From positions 9,317-44,443 of the forward strand of contig JAZKJI010000179.1 in NCBI GenBank assembly GCA_040384405.1: a DNA stretch of 35,127 bases. The letters are read 5' to 3'. The position numbers and the translations under genes were made by a program. The notes beneath the pieces are model-generated. The model was not told the DNA's origin. It saw only the letters and a list, made by a program, of their open reading frames with translations, and made no database searches. Below are positions 15,886-24,172 of the stretch, one piece after another. Each line of letters begins with the position of its first letter. Positions within the stretch are counted from its first letter, which is position 1. This stretch comes from Bdellovibrionota bacterium. GTDB taxonomy: Bacteria; Bdellovibrionota; Bdellovibrionia; Bdellovibrionales; Bdellovibrionaceae.

Positions 15886-17381
15886 CGAGACTTCCTTTTC
15901 AAATTCGTCAGATCCAACTGATAAAGGGAATTCAAGTCTGCGTTTTCAAAATCCGGATTTAATAGCACGGCAAAACTCATTGGTCCCAGTGGTACTATAT
16001 AGCGTTCTTCCACCAGAAATGAAAGGCCCCTCCGGCAAAGCTCGGAGCGATCTTGCTCGGTAGTTTCGATTAAACCCATTTGCTGCACCCAGGAATCCAG
16101 TTCAACGCTTTTTAGTTGGATTAAATTATCTGGATGATTCGAAGTGAATACTTCCAAAACTGATAAGCAAGTCGGGCGCTCAGGCGTTAAGGCCCGGCGA
16201 AAAATTGGGGGCGGATTGGTTTTAAGAGTACTTAATAAAACCCGGTTTTCCATTCCCCGCAGTTTAACATTCCAACCTAAATTCTTTTTCCAACTGTGTT
16301 GAATCCACTCAGCTGATCTTTTTAAATCTTCGATCGCGTACTGGGAATAAACATATTCTAAAAATTTCGGCATTTCGGGAAGAGGCTTTTGAAACTGACG
16401 GTTTTTGATTGAATTAGGAATGCAAACGCCCGGTGCCCACGCATCCGGTGTACCCAGGCAACCGGGTTTTCCATCGGCAAATAAAATCTTTTGGAAGCCA
16501 TCGTAATCAATTCCCGCCGCTAAAGTTTCACGAACAGTTTTATGATCTTTAAGTTGAGGACCAAAACCTAAATAATCAAATCGCAATAAGGTGACACGGG
16601 AAAAATCCGCCCGAGACTTCCAACGAGGAATAAACAGGGTTGGAAGCAGCGGAAGAAAATCAATCTTCCCTTTTTCGTACATTCGAAGCGCTAGAACCGA
16701 TTCATCAACAACTTTAAATTGCACTTTTTGAACAGTCGCATCGGTTGAACTGCCCGTTACATAATCGTTTTTATTTCGATTTAGTAAAATTGATTCTTCA
16801 GGTTTCCATACTTCTAATTGGAACGGTCCCGAGGAAAGAAGTTTTCCAGAATTCAAATCTTTAACGGGCACGTTAAATGGAGATGCTAAGCGATGAATGA
16901 AATCCGGATCGGGACGGTTAAGGGTAAAAGTAATGCTTTCATTTTTTCCAATCTGAATACCAACATTCTTCCAATCAACTTCGCCCTTAAAATATTTTTC
17001 CGCATTTACGACAGGAAATAAAATATCAGCTCGCGGAGATTTAGAAGTGCTAGCTAAAAAGCGCTGGTAGGATTGCAAAACAGATTCTGCGTTCAGAGGT
17101 GAGCCATCACTCCATTTTAAATTTTTTCGAAGGGTACAAGTGACTTTTGGAGTTTGGAATGTTTTAGCGGATTTATTTTTAAAATCAGTCGTGCAACTTT
17201 CCGCTAAATCCGGAACTAAATTCATTTGGTTATCGTATCGATACAGATTGCGGTACAGATTTTGGGTAACGAAATTCGTCAGGCGAAGCCGATGGGGATC
17301 TAAACTTGCGGGTTCATTTTGTAAATGAATAACAAAAATGCCCCCGCCATAAAGTAAGATTTTTTTGAAATTTAACTTCAC
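15882..17381 (-). CDS. ABC-transporter family-5 solute-binding protein (peptide/nickel/opine type), orphan
   Basis: SBP_bac_5-like N-terminal lobe: NEPASLDPH..., LYRYDNQMNLVPDLAESC, LRKNLKWSDGSPLNAESV. GTG start in a GTGA overlap with the acyl-CoA dehydrogenase stop. Only ~12 residues precede the mature-domain-like sequence. Confidence 0.7.
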   Translation of the reverse strand: MKLNFKKILLYGGGIFVIHLQNEPASLDPHRLRLTNFVTQNLYRNLYRYDNQMNLVPDLAESCTTDFKNKSAKTFQTPKVTCTLRKNLKWSDGSPLNAESVLQSYQRFLASTSKSPRADILFPVVNAEKYFKGEVDWKNVGIQIGKNESITFTLNRPDPDFIHRLASPFNVPVKDLNSGKLLSSGPFQLEVWKPEESILLNRNKNDYVTGSSTDATVQKVQFKVVDESVLALRMYEKGKIDFLPLLPTLFIPRWKSRADFSRVTLLRFDYLGFGPQLKDHKTVRETLAAGIDYDGFQKILFADGKPGCLGTPDAWAPGVCIPNSIKNRQFQKPLPEMPKFLEYVYSQYAIEDLKRSAEWIQHSWKKNLGWNVKLRGMENRVLLSTLKTNPPPIFRRALTPERPTCLSVLEVFTSNHPDNLIQLKSVELDSWVQQMGLIETTEQDRSELCRRGLSFLVEERYIVPLGPMSFAVLLNPDFENADLNSLYQLDLTNLKRKSR

Positions 17382-18526
17382 CGGTCCAATTCAATTTTAG
17401 CAATAGTTTGTAGTTGCATGTTGGTCGTACCTTCGTAGATCTGGCCGATTTTGGCATCTCGCCAGAATTTTTCAACCGGGTACTCTTTGGTAAATCCATT
17501 TCCACCGTAGAGATCTACGGCTAAAGAAGTAATTTTTTCGGCAGCCTTTGATGCAAATAATTTTGCCATCGCAGCAGATTCAATGAAATCCTGTTTTGAA
17601 TCTTTCAAGCGAGCAGCGTTGTATACCATTAACCGGGCAGCTTCCAGCTGAGTCCGCATGTTTGCCAATTGAAACTGAACACCCTGAAATTGGGCGATCG
17701 GTTTTCCGAACTGTTCGCGGGTTTTAACGTATCCAAGTGCCGCTTCGTAAGCTCCGGCTGCAATCCCAACCATCTGCGCACCAATTCCGATGCGGCCTTC
17801 ATTTAATGTTTCAATCGCAATCTTATAACCTTTGCCCACATCTCCAAGAACGTTGGCCACTGGCACTTCGCAATTTTCGAATAATAATTCGCAAGTGGAG
17901 CTTGCGCGAATTCCAAGTTTGTCCTCTTTTTTTCCTACTTTAAATCCCGGAAAAGACTTTTCCACGACGAAAGCGGTAATTCCTTTATAACCAGCCGCCA
18001 GATCGATGTTTGCAAACACGATGAATACTTCGGCTTCATTCCCGTTAGTGATCCAAAGTTTCGAACCATTTAAAATATATTTATCGCCTTTTTTCTCGGC
18101 CTTAAGTTTTAAACCAAAAGCATCACTTCCGCTGGAGCTTTCAGAAAGTGCATAGGCACCAACCCATTCGCGGGCTAATTTTGGTAAATATTTTTCCTGT
18201 TGCGCTGGGGTCGCCCATTTTAAAAATGCATTTGTTACCAAAGTGTTTTGCACATCCATTAGTACGCTGACTGAACCATCAACGCGTCCCAATTCTTCAA
18301 CTGCAAGGCAAGCCATGGTGAAAGTCGCGCCCGAGCCACCATATTGTTCCGGAGTTTCGACTCCCATCAAACCCATTTCAAAAAGTTGTTTAATCAGTTC
18401 AGGTTTCATTTTCGCTTCTTGATCCATCTCGTGAACCAGGGGCTTTATTTCCGATTCAGCAAAACTGCGAACAGCATCGCGGAAAGCTGACTCATCATCG
18501 GAAAGCTGGGTAAGTGCCATATGCAT
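17378..18526 (-). CDS. Acyl-CoA dehydrogenase (short- or branched-chain type)
   Basis: GAYALSESSSGSDA, KLWITNG, QFGKPIAQFQGVQFQLA, and QIYEGTTNMQ (catalytic Glu region). AAGGAG lies 5 nt before ATG 18526. Confidence 0.9.
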   Translation of the reverse strand: MHMALTQLSDDESAFRDAVRSFAESEIKPLVHEMDQEAKMKPELIKQLFEMGLMGVETPEQYGGSGATFTMACLAVEELGRVDGSVSVLMDVQNTLVTNAFLKWATPAQQEKYLPKLAREWVGAYALSESSSGSDAFGLKLKAEKKGDKYILNGSKLWITNGNEAEVFIVFANIDLAAGYKGITAFVVEKSFPGFKVGKKEDKLGIRASSTCELLFENCEVPVANVLGDVGKGYKIAIETLNEGRIGIGAQMVGIAAGAYEAALGYVKTREQFGKPIAQFQGVQFQLANMRTQLEAARLMVYNAARLKDSKQDFIESAAMAKLFASKAAEKITSLAVDLYGGNGFTKEYPVEKFWRDAKIGQIYEGTTNMQLQTIAKIELDR

Positions 18527-18659
18527 AAAAACTCCTTTTGAACGGTAGACCAGAGGCTACAGGAACAAGAAAATCCGGGCAAAACACCTCGCGTTGCACT
18601 TACCTGAAGAAAGACGCGATTAATTGGACAAAAATAGTGAATATAGCTACCGTTAAAGG

Positions 18660-19319
18660 ATGGATGTAACCACAGTCGGCGCTCGCATCGCGGTTTTTTT
18701 TATTCCTTTCTTATTTGCACTTTGTTTCCATGAATATGCCCATGGCTTAGTTGCGAAATGGCGCGGTGATAATACAGCCGAACTTGCAGGCCGTTTAACT
18801 TTAAATCCCATGGCCCATATTGATTGGATTGGAACGGTAATGCTTCCGTTGGCAGCCATTTTATTTAACATTCCGGTTTTCTTTGGCTGGGCAAAGCCAG
18901 TTCCCGTCAGTAGCCGTAATTTAAAAAACCCTCGCGTTGATATGTTCTGGATCGCCTTAGCTGGGCCGCTATCAAATGTTTTGTTGGCGGTAGTGGGCGC
19001 ATTACTAATTGGTGTGCTGATTAGATTTTTTGCCGGAGCTTCTTGGATAATGGCGGCACTGGAAGTTTTAAAGATGTTTATTCTGACAAATTTATTTTTA
19101 GCCATCTTTAATGCAATTCCGCTTCACCCTTTGGATGGCGGAAAAGTTTTGGCGCGTTTTCTACCAGCCAGCTTAAATTATAAACTGGAACAAAACGAAC
19201 AGATGACAAGTATCATTCTTCTGGCGTTGGTGATGACGGGTGCACTGCGAATTTTAGCCGTTCCGGTTTACTGGATTCACTCGGGCCTAATTCAAATGGC
19301 AACTTACGGACTAATGTAA
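18660..19319 (+). CDS. Site-2 protease family (peptidase M50) membrane metalloprotease
   Basis: HEYAHGLVAKWRGD (HExxH in a TM helix), and the second motif NLFLAIFNAIPLHPLDGGKVL. Multi-pass hydrophobic profile. Confidence 0.85.
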   Translation: MDVTTVGARIAVFFIPFLFALCFHEYAHGLVAKWRGDNTAELAGRLTLNPMAHIDWIGTVMLPLAAILFNIPVFFGWAKPVPVSSRNLKNPRVDMFWIALAGPLSNVLLAVVGALLIGVLIRFFAGASWIMAALEVLKMFILTNLFLAIFNAIPLHPLDGGKVLARFLPASLNYKLEQNEQMTSIILLALVMTGALRILAVPVYWIHSGLIQMATYGLM

Positions 19320-19320
19320 A

Positions 19321-20352
19321 ATGAGTGCATCTTCTTCTGATCCTAACGCATTAGTAACAGCAGCCCCCGGCCGTAAAAAAAGATTAATGAGCGGAACCCG
19401 CACGACCGGCAGACTTCATATCGGTAACTACTGGGGCGCCATTAAAAATTGGGTTGACCAACAAAACGAATACGAATGTTTTTTCGGAGTTATGGACTGG
19501 CATGGGATGACCACCGCCTATAAAAACTCTTCCGAGTTCAATGGATGGAACCGCGATATCATGGCAGACATAATCGCTTGGGGTGTTGATACCGATAAGT
19601 CGACTTTATTTATCCAAAGCCAAGTTCCAGAGCATCTAGAGCTATTCATGATTTTTATGAATGAAACTCCGATGGGATGGCTAGAGCGGGTTCCAACTTG
19701 GAAAGATGCGGAAGAAGAAGCCAAAGCAAATGATACCCATAATTTAGGCAGGTTTTCGTATCCAATACTGCAAGCAGCGGATATTGCCCTTTATAAAGGC
19801 GACGTGGTTCCTATTGGCCAAGATCAAACTGCGCATTTGGAATTATCCCGCGAAATCGTCCGCCGATTTAATCATTTGTATAAGGGAAAATTGCCAGAAC
19901 CTAAGCCACTTTATACGGAAACACCACTTTTGCCCGGATTAGACGGCAGAAAAATGTCTAAGTCTTACGACAATACTTTACCGCTGACTTCCGACGAAAA
20001 AGAACTGAAGAAAAAAGTCAATTCCATGGTAACCGATAGTGCACGTGTTCATCGGGAAGACCCCGGAGAGCCCACAAGATGCACAGTTTATACATTCCAT
20101 AAATTATACAGTTCTCAAGACGATTTAGCTTGGGTAGAGCACGGTTGTAGAACAGCTGGCATCGGTTGCGGGGACTGTAAAATGCGCCTTTACGAGAACA
20201 TAAATAAACGCACTTCAGAGCCGCGGGAAAAGAAAAAAGAACTGTTGAATAAACCTGAAGTTCTTGATTCAATCATTCGAAATGGTTGCGAAAAAGCCCG
20301 ATCCGAAGCGCAGAAAACCTTAAAGGAAGTGCGTCACTGGATGAAGTGGTAG
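19321..20352 (+). CDS. trpS: Tryptophanyl-tRNA synthetase
   Basis: SGTRTTGRLHIGNYWGA (HIGH-like), PILQAADIALY, VPIGQDQTAHLELSREI, and RKMSKSYDN (KMSKS). It starts 1 nt after the M50 stop. Confidence 0.9.
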   Translation: MSASSSDPNALVTAAPGRKKRLMSGTRTTGRLHIGNYWGAIKNWVDQQNEYECFFGVMDWHGMTTAYKNSSEFNGWNRDIMADIIAWGVDTDKSTLFIQSQVPEHLELFMIFMNETPMGWLERVPTWKDAEEEAKANDTHNLGRFSYPILQAADIALYKGDVVPIGQDQTAHLELSREIVRRFNHLYKGKLPEPKPLYTETPLLPGLDGRKMSKSYDNTLPLTSDEKELKKKVNSMVTDSARVHREDPGEPTRCTVYTFHKLYSSQDDLAWVEHGCRTAGIGCGDCKMRLYENINKRTSEPREKKKELLNKPEVLDSIIRNGCEKARSEAQKTLKEVRHWMKW

Positions 20353-20412
20353 GGTGATAGTAGCGGCCCATTTTAAGGTCTAAGAAATGCAGCCAAAGGA
20401 AACATAACCCTG

Positions 20413-21360
20413 ATGAGTATTTCGGTCCAGCTTCACCAATTCGAAGGCCCCCTAGCTCTGCTTCTTTACCTTATCCGTAAAGAAGAAATGGATATCATGG
20501 ACATCAAAATCCATGAAATCACGAAGCAGTACTTTGATTATATCAAGCTGATGAAAGAATTAGATCTTGAAGTCGCGGGCGAATTCGTTGCGATGGCTTC
20601 AACTTTGATTCAAATAAAATCCCGTATGCTTATTCCCCAGTACGACGAAAATGGGGAAGTGGTAGAAAACGACGATCCAAGAAAAGAACTAGTTCAACGT
20701 TTATTGGAATACCAAAAATTCCAAGAGGCCGCGAAAATGTTAATCGACCGGCCATTATTGGGTCGCGATCAATATCCCCGTGGTTCCCGTGAAACGTTGG
20801 AATCTCCAGATGAAAAAATCGTGGTCGAAGATAATGGTCTTTATCAACTAATCGCCATGTATCGTCGCGCGATGAAATCACTTCATAAGCGGGTTCACCG
20901 GGTAACTGCAAAAACCCAGTCCATTTCCGAACGGATTATGGAATTCAAAGATTTCCTAATGATCGGCCGCCGGGTTTCGTTACGTGATCTTTTAGGTACC
21001 GCTGAAGAACACAGCCGCCAACTTTTAATTACTTTTTTATCTTTGTTAGAACTTGGAAAATTAGGTTTCGTGAACTTGTACCAAACGGATAATTACAGCG
21101 ATATTTGGATCGAAGCACGAAAGCCAATCGGTATCGACGTCATTTCCAGAGTTGAAGAATACAGTAACGTAAATTCCGAAAACACGGCAGCAGCGCTTTT
21201 TGCAAAAACCGAAGAGGCACCCGCGGAAATTACGGAAGAAATGGCCTACGCAATGATCGAGTCTGATGGTGGAACGGATGAAGACTTGTTTGAAGTCACA
21301 GCCGAAGCTGCAACCGACGAAGAAATCACTGCAGCAGAAAGGGACTTAAGCGATGTCTGA
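20413..21360 (+). CDS. scpA: Segregation and condensation protein A (kleisin) with an acidic C-terminal tail
   Basis: LHQFEGPLALLLYLIRKEEMDIMDIKIHEITKQYFDYI, EVAGEFVAMASTLIQIKSRMLIP, and LLITFLSLLELGKLG. Confidence 0.9.
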   Translation: MSISVQLHQFEGPLALLLYLIRKEEMDIMDIKIHEITKQYFDYIKLMKELDLEVAGEFVAMASTLIQIKSRMLIPQYDENGEVVENDDPRKELVQRLLEYQKFQEAAKMLIDRPLLGRDQYPRGSRETLESPDEKIVVEDNGLYQLIAMYRRAMKSLHKRVHRVTAKTQSISERIMEFKDFLMIGRRVSLRDLLGTAEEHSRQLLITFLSLLELGKLGFVNLYQTDNYSDIWIEARKPIGIDVISRVEEYSNVNSENTAAALFAKTEEAPAEITEEMAYAMIESDGGTDEDLFEVTAEAATDEEITAAERDLSDV

Positions 21361-22519
21361 TGATAACAGCGTTTTTGACGATATTAATGAAGACGACGAA
21401 ATGACGGATGCTGAAGACAGTTCATCAGAGCTCGATGGTTTCGAACCGGATCCAGGTGTGGATGGTGACGACGCAATGGAAGCTGATGCGGATTCCGACA
21501 CCGAAATGGTATCTGAAGATATTCCCCGTGAAGATCTTGAAGCATCAGAACTTGCGGCCTTTGAAGCTGCCGAAATCGAAGAAAAAGAATTTGTCGAAGA
21601 CGAGCGCATCGAATCGATTATCGAAAGTTATTTATTCGCTACTGACCGTCCGGTTAGTTTAGCTTCAATCAAAGCATTATTCGCAGGCACTCAAGTGGGT
21701 GTTGATAAAGTTCGTAAAGCCCTTGATCGCTTAGCAGTGGAATACGCTGGTGCAAAACGGGGAGTCGTTCTGGAAGAAATTTCTGGTGGCTACCAACTTC
21801 GCACTAAAATGGATAACCTTGATTTCCTGAAGCGCTCTTTAAAAGCGCGTACATTTAAGTTATCCGGTCCTGCATTAGAAGTTCTGGCAATCGTTGCTTA
21901 CAAGCAACCAACTATTAAAGCCGAGATCGATCAAATTCGCGGCGTTGAATCCGGTCACTTACTAAGAGCTTTAATGGAAAAAGGCTTAATTAATTTCGAA
22001 GGCAAAAGTGATCTACCTGGAAAGCCAATGCAATATGCAACTTCCAGAAAGTTTCTTGAAATTTTCGGTCTAAGAAATTTGCGTGAACTTCCTACGTTAA
22101 GCCAAATTGATGAATTACTTCCTGAAGGCATCGGCGATGATGATAGTGATTTAGTAAAGCTTGCTGATATCACCGGTGGGTTATCAGAAAATTTCACCGG
22201 AAATTACTCAATTGGCGAGGATGAGCTTGGAAAAATTGAATCCCAACTTTCCGAGATCAAAACCTCCACGGAATTCTTTGACGAAGAAAAACGTAAAAAA
22301 GCCGAAGCCAGAAAAGCTTCTTTCGCACCTAAATCGGACTCGGCTTTGACTGATGAAGCCGCAGGCACGACCGACGAAAACGTTACCGCAGCGAATGACA
22401 ACTTCATTTCTGATGAAGCCAATTCAATTGATGAAGCAGATTCCCTATTTTCTTCTGACGAAGGAACAAGCGAAGAGCCTAACGGTGGAAATGATCCAGA
22501 GCCCGAAGCTTCGGTTTAA
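21353..22519 (+). CDS. scpB: Segregation and condensation protein B with long acidic N- and C-terminal extensions
   Basis: Core IESYLFATDRPVSLASI...GGYQLRTK...LSGPALEVLAIVAYKQPTIKAEIDQIRGVESGHLLRALMEKGLI...GKPMQYATSRKFLEIFGL. 8-nt overlap with scpA. About 85 aa of D/E-rich sequence lies before the core and about 130 aa after it. Confidence 0.9.
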   Translation: MSDDNSVFDDINEDDEMTDAEDSSSELDGFEPDPGVDGDDAMEADADSDTEMVSEDIPREDLEASELAAFEAAEIEEKEFVEDERIESIIESYLFATDRPVSLASIKALFAGTQVGVDKVRKALDRLAVEYAGAKRGVVLEEISGGYQLRTKMDNLDFLKRSLKARTFKLSGPALEVLAIVAYKQPTIKAEIDQIRGVESGHLLRALMEKGLINFEGKSDLPGKPMQYATSRKFLEIFGLRNLRELPTLSQIDELLPEGIGDDDSDLVKLADITGGLSENFTGNYSIGEDELGKIESQLSEIKTSTEFFDEEKRKKAEARKASFAPKSDSALTDEAAGTTDENVTAANDNFISDEANSIDEADSLFSSDEGTSEEPNGGNDPEPEASV

Positions 22520-22619
22520 TTAATCCTAATGTCCTGATTTGATACACCGGAATAGCCATGGGTAGGTTTTGAAAACTCATCTATGGCATTTCTCACAATA
22601 TCCCCTTATCCTAATAGTG

Positions 22620-23126
22620 ATGAAACCTAGAATGATTGCCACATTGGTAACCGGGTCCCTATTTGCACTTTTGCTTTCTGGTTGCGGAAATTCATCTGAA
22701 AATTCCATGATGACCGATGGTAAAAATAAATTGAATTGTCCAGAGGGCGGGTGCGCTGATGCCACTGCCAAATCCACGGATGTCAGTCTCCGTTTAAATA
22801 AATCCACTACTCAATATATTACTTCTTCAACGGGCCGGCTCGAAGTTCAAGGTGAATGCTTTGCTTCCACATATCCTGAAAATTATATCGGTCTTACTTT
22901 TAAAAAAGCAGGGGCTGCCATGACTCCGCCACCAACGGTTGCGATGACGGCTATTGCAGGCAAGCTTGCATGTGAAAATGGAAAATTTTATTTCATCATG
23001 GATACTTCGGGCTTAGCCCAAGATTCGTACAACGTGGTTGGACAAATGTACGTCAAACCTTTGAATGGAACTTTTCAATTAATATCGGCTGCCAAATTTT
23101 CACTTAATTTTATTAAGACGCCTTAA
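22620..23126 (+). CDS. Hypothetical lipoprotein
   Basis: MKPRMIATLVTGSLFALLLSGCGN contains a lipobox (LLSGC). ATG 22620 is preferred over the track's 22569 start. Paired Cys residues in the mature part. Family not recognised. Confidence 0.6.
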   Translation: MKPRMIATLVTGSLFALLLSGCGNSSENSMMTDGKNKLNCPEGGCADATAKSTDVSLRLNKSTTQYITSSTGRLEVQGECFASTYPENYIGLTFKKAGAAMTPPPTVAMTAIAGKLACENGKFYFIMDTSGLAQDSYNVVGQMYVKPLNGTFQLISAAKFSLNFIKTP

Positions 23127-23129
23127 CTC

Positions 23130-23149
23130 AGCGGGATTTGCATCCCGCT
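23130..23149. terminator. Perfect 8-bp hairpin between convergent genes (likely shared terminator, weak U-tract)
   Basis: AGCGGGAT-ttgc-ATCCCGCT lies between the stop at 23126 (+) and the stop at 23155 (-). The flanking A/T runs are short. Confidence 0.5.
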
Positions 23150-23154
23150 AAAAG

Positions 23155-24159
23155 TTAGAAACTCTCGTCAAAAGAAACCGCGCCGGTAACTCCGGTTTGG
23201 TAAGCAGAAACCCTGCGTTCGAAAAAGTTTGCTAACTCTTGAACGTCTTGAAGTTCCATAAAGGTAAATGGATTTTTTGCATTGTAACGAGGAGGAATAT
23301 GAAGTGCCTCTAAACGTTGGTCAGCAACAAACTCCAAGTAAGTACGCATGTCTTTTACGGAAAGTCCTGCAACGCCAAATTCCAAGATGTCTTGAGCAAA
23401 AGCCATTTCACATTCAATGGCTTCTTCCAACATTTGTACGATCATGTCGTTTAACTGATCGTTAAATAAAGTCGGCTCTTCTCGGCGAACAGTATTGATA
23501 ACTTGCATCGCAAAAGCCATGTGCATGCTTTCATCCCGGAAAACCCAGTTGGTTCCGGTTGCTAGACCCGCAAGTAAACCTTTTGAGCGTAAAAAGTAAA
23601 CGTAAGCAAAAGCCGCGAAGAAAAACATTCCTTCGATACAAGTCGCAAAACAAATTAGATTCATTAAAAACTTACGGCGATGTTCCGGCGTTTCTAGTTT
23701 TTCTAATTCATTAATTGAATCCATCCATTTAAAGCAGAATTGGGCTTTCTTCTGAATGGAAGGAATATTATCAACCGCTGCAAATGCCTTAGCCCTTTCA
23801 TCCGGATGAGGAATATAAGTATCCAGCAAAGTTAAATAGAACTGCACATGTAATGCTTCTTCATAAAGTTGGCGGCTTAAATAAAGACGCGCTTCTGGAG
23901 CATTGATGTGTTTATAAAGATTTAACACCAGATTATTTCCTACGATCGAATCGCCGGTAGCAAAAAATGCAACCAGGCGGTTGATCAAATGTTTTTCTGA
24001 TGCCGTCATTTTCGTATTTAGATCCGTGGTATCCGTTGAAAAATCAACTTCGTCCACGGTCCAAGTATTTTTAATGCCGTTTTTATACATTTCGTAGAAA
24101 ACCGGATACTTCATTGGCCGTAAGGTTAAATTAAAACCATGATCTAGTAATTTGGACAT
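23155..24159 (-). CDS. nrdB: Class Ia ribonucleotide reductase beta (R2) subunit
   Basis: Di-iron ligand motifs EEALHVQFY and RDESMHMAF. Also IEGMFFFAAFAYVYF and an acidic C-terminal R1-binding tail ending SFDESF. Confidence 0.95.
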   Translation of the reverse strand: MSKLLDHGFNLTLRPMKYPVFYEMYKNGIKNTWTVDEVDFSTDTTDLNTKMTASEKHLINRLVAFFATGDSIVGNNLVLNLYKHINAPEARLYLSRQLYEEALHVQFYLTLLDTYIPHPDERAKAFAAVDNIPSIQKKAQFCFKWMDSINELEKLETPEHRRKFLMNLICFATCIEGMFFFAAFAYVYFLRSKGLLAGLATGTNWVFRDESMHMAFAMQVINTVRREEPTLFNDQLNDMIVQMLEEAIECEMAFAQDILEFGVAGLSVKDMRTYLEFVADQRLEALHIPPRYNAKNPFTFMELQDVQELANFFERRVSAYQTGVTGAVSFDESF

Positions 24160-24172
24160 GAAATTCCTCCGT

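Noticed and set aside
18653-19105. 150-aa minus-strand ORF opposite the M50 protease gene
   Set aside because: It lies entirely antisense to a gene with clear HExxH and LDGG motifs. It has a low-complexity K/A/T-rich translation, no RBS and no recognisable motif, so it is most likely a shadow ORF.
21346-21609. 87-aa serine-rich minus-strand ORF
   Set aside because: It mirrors the GAx-rich (Asp/Glu) codons of the scpA tail and scpB head. Reading GAA/GAT-rich sequence backwards gives TCx (Ser) runs. This is an artefact of the acidic coding region.
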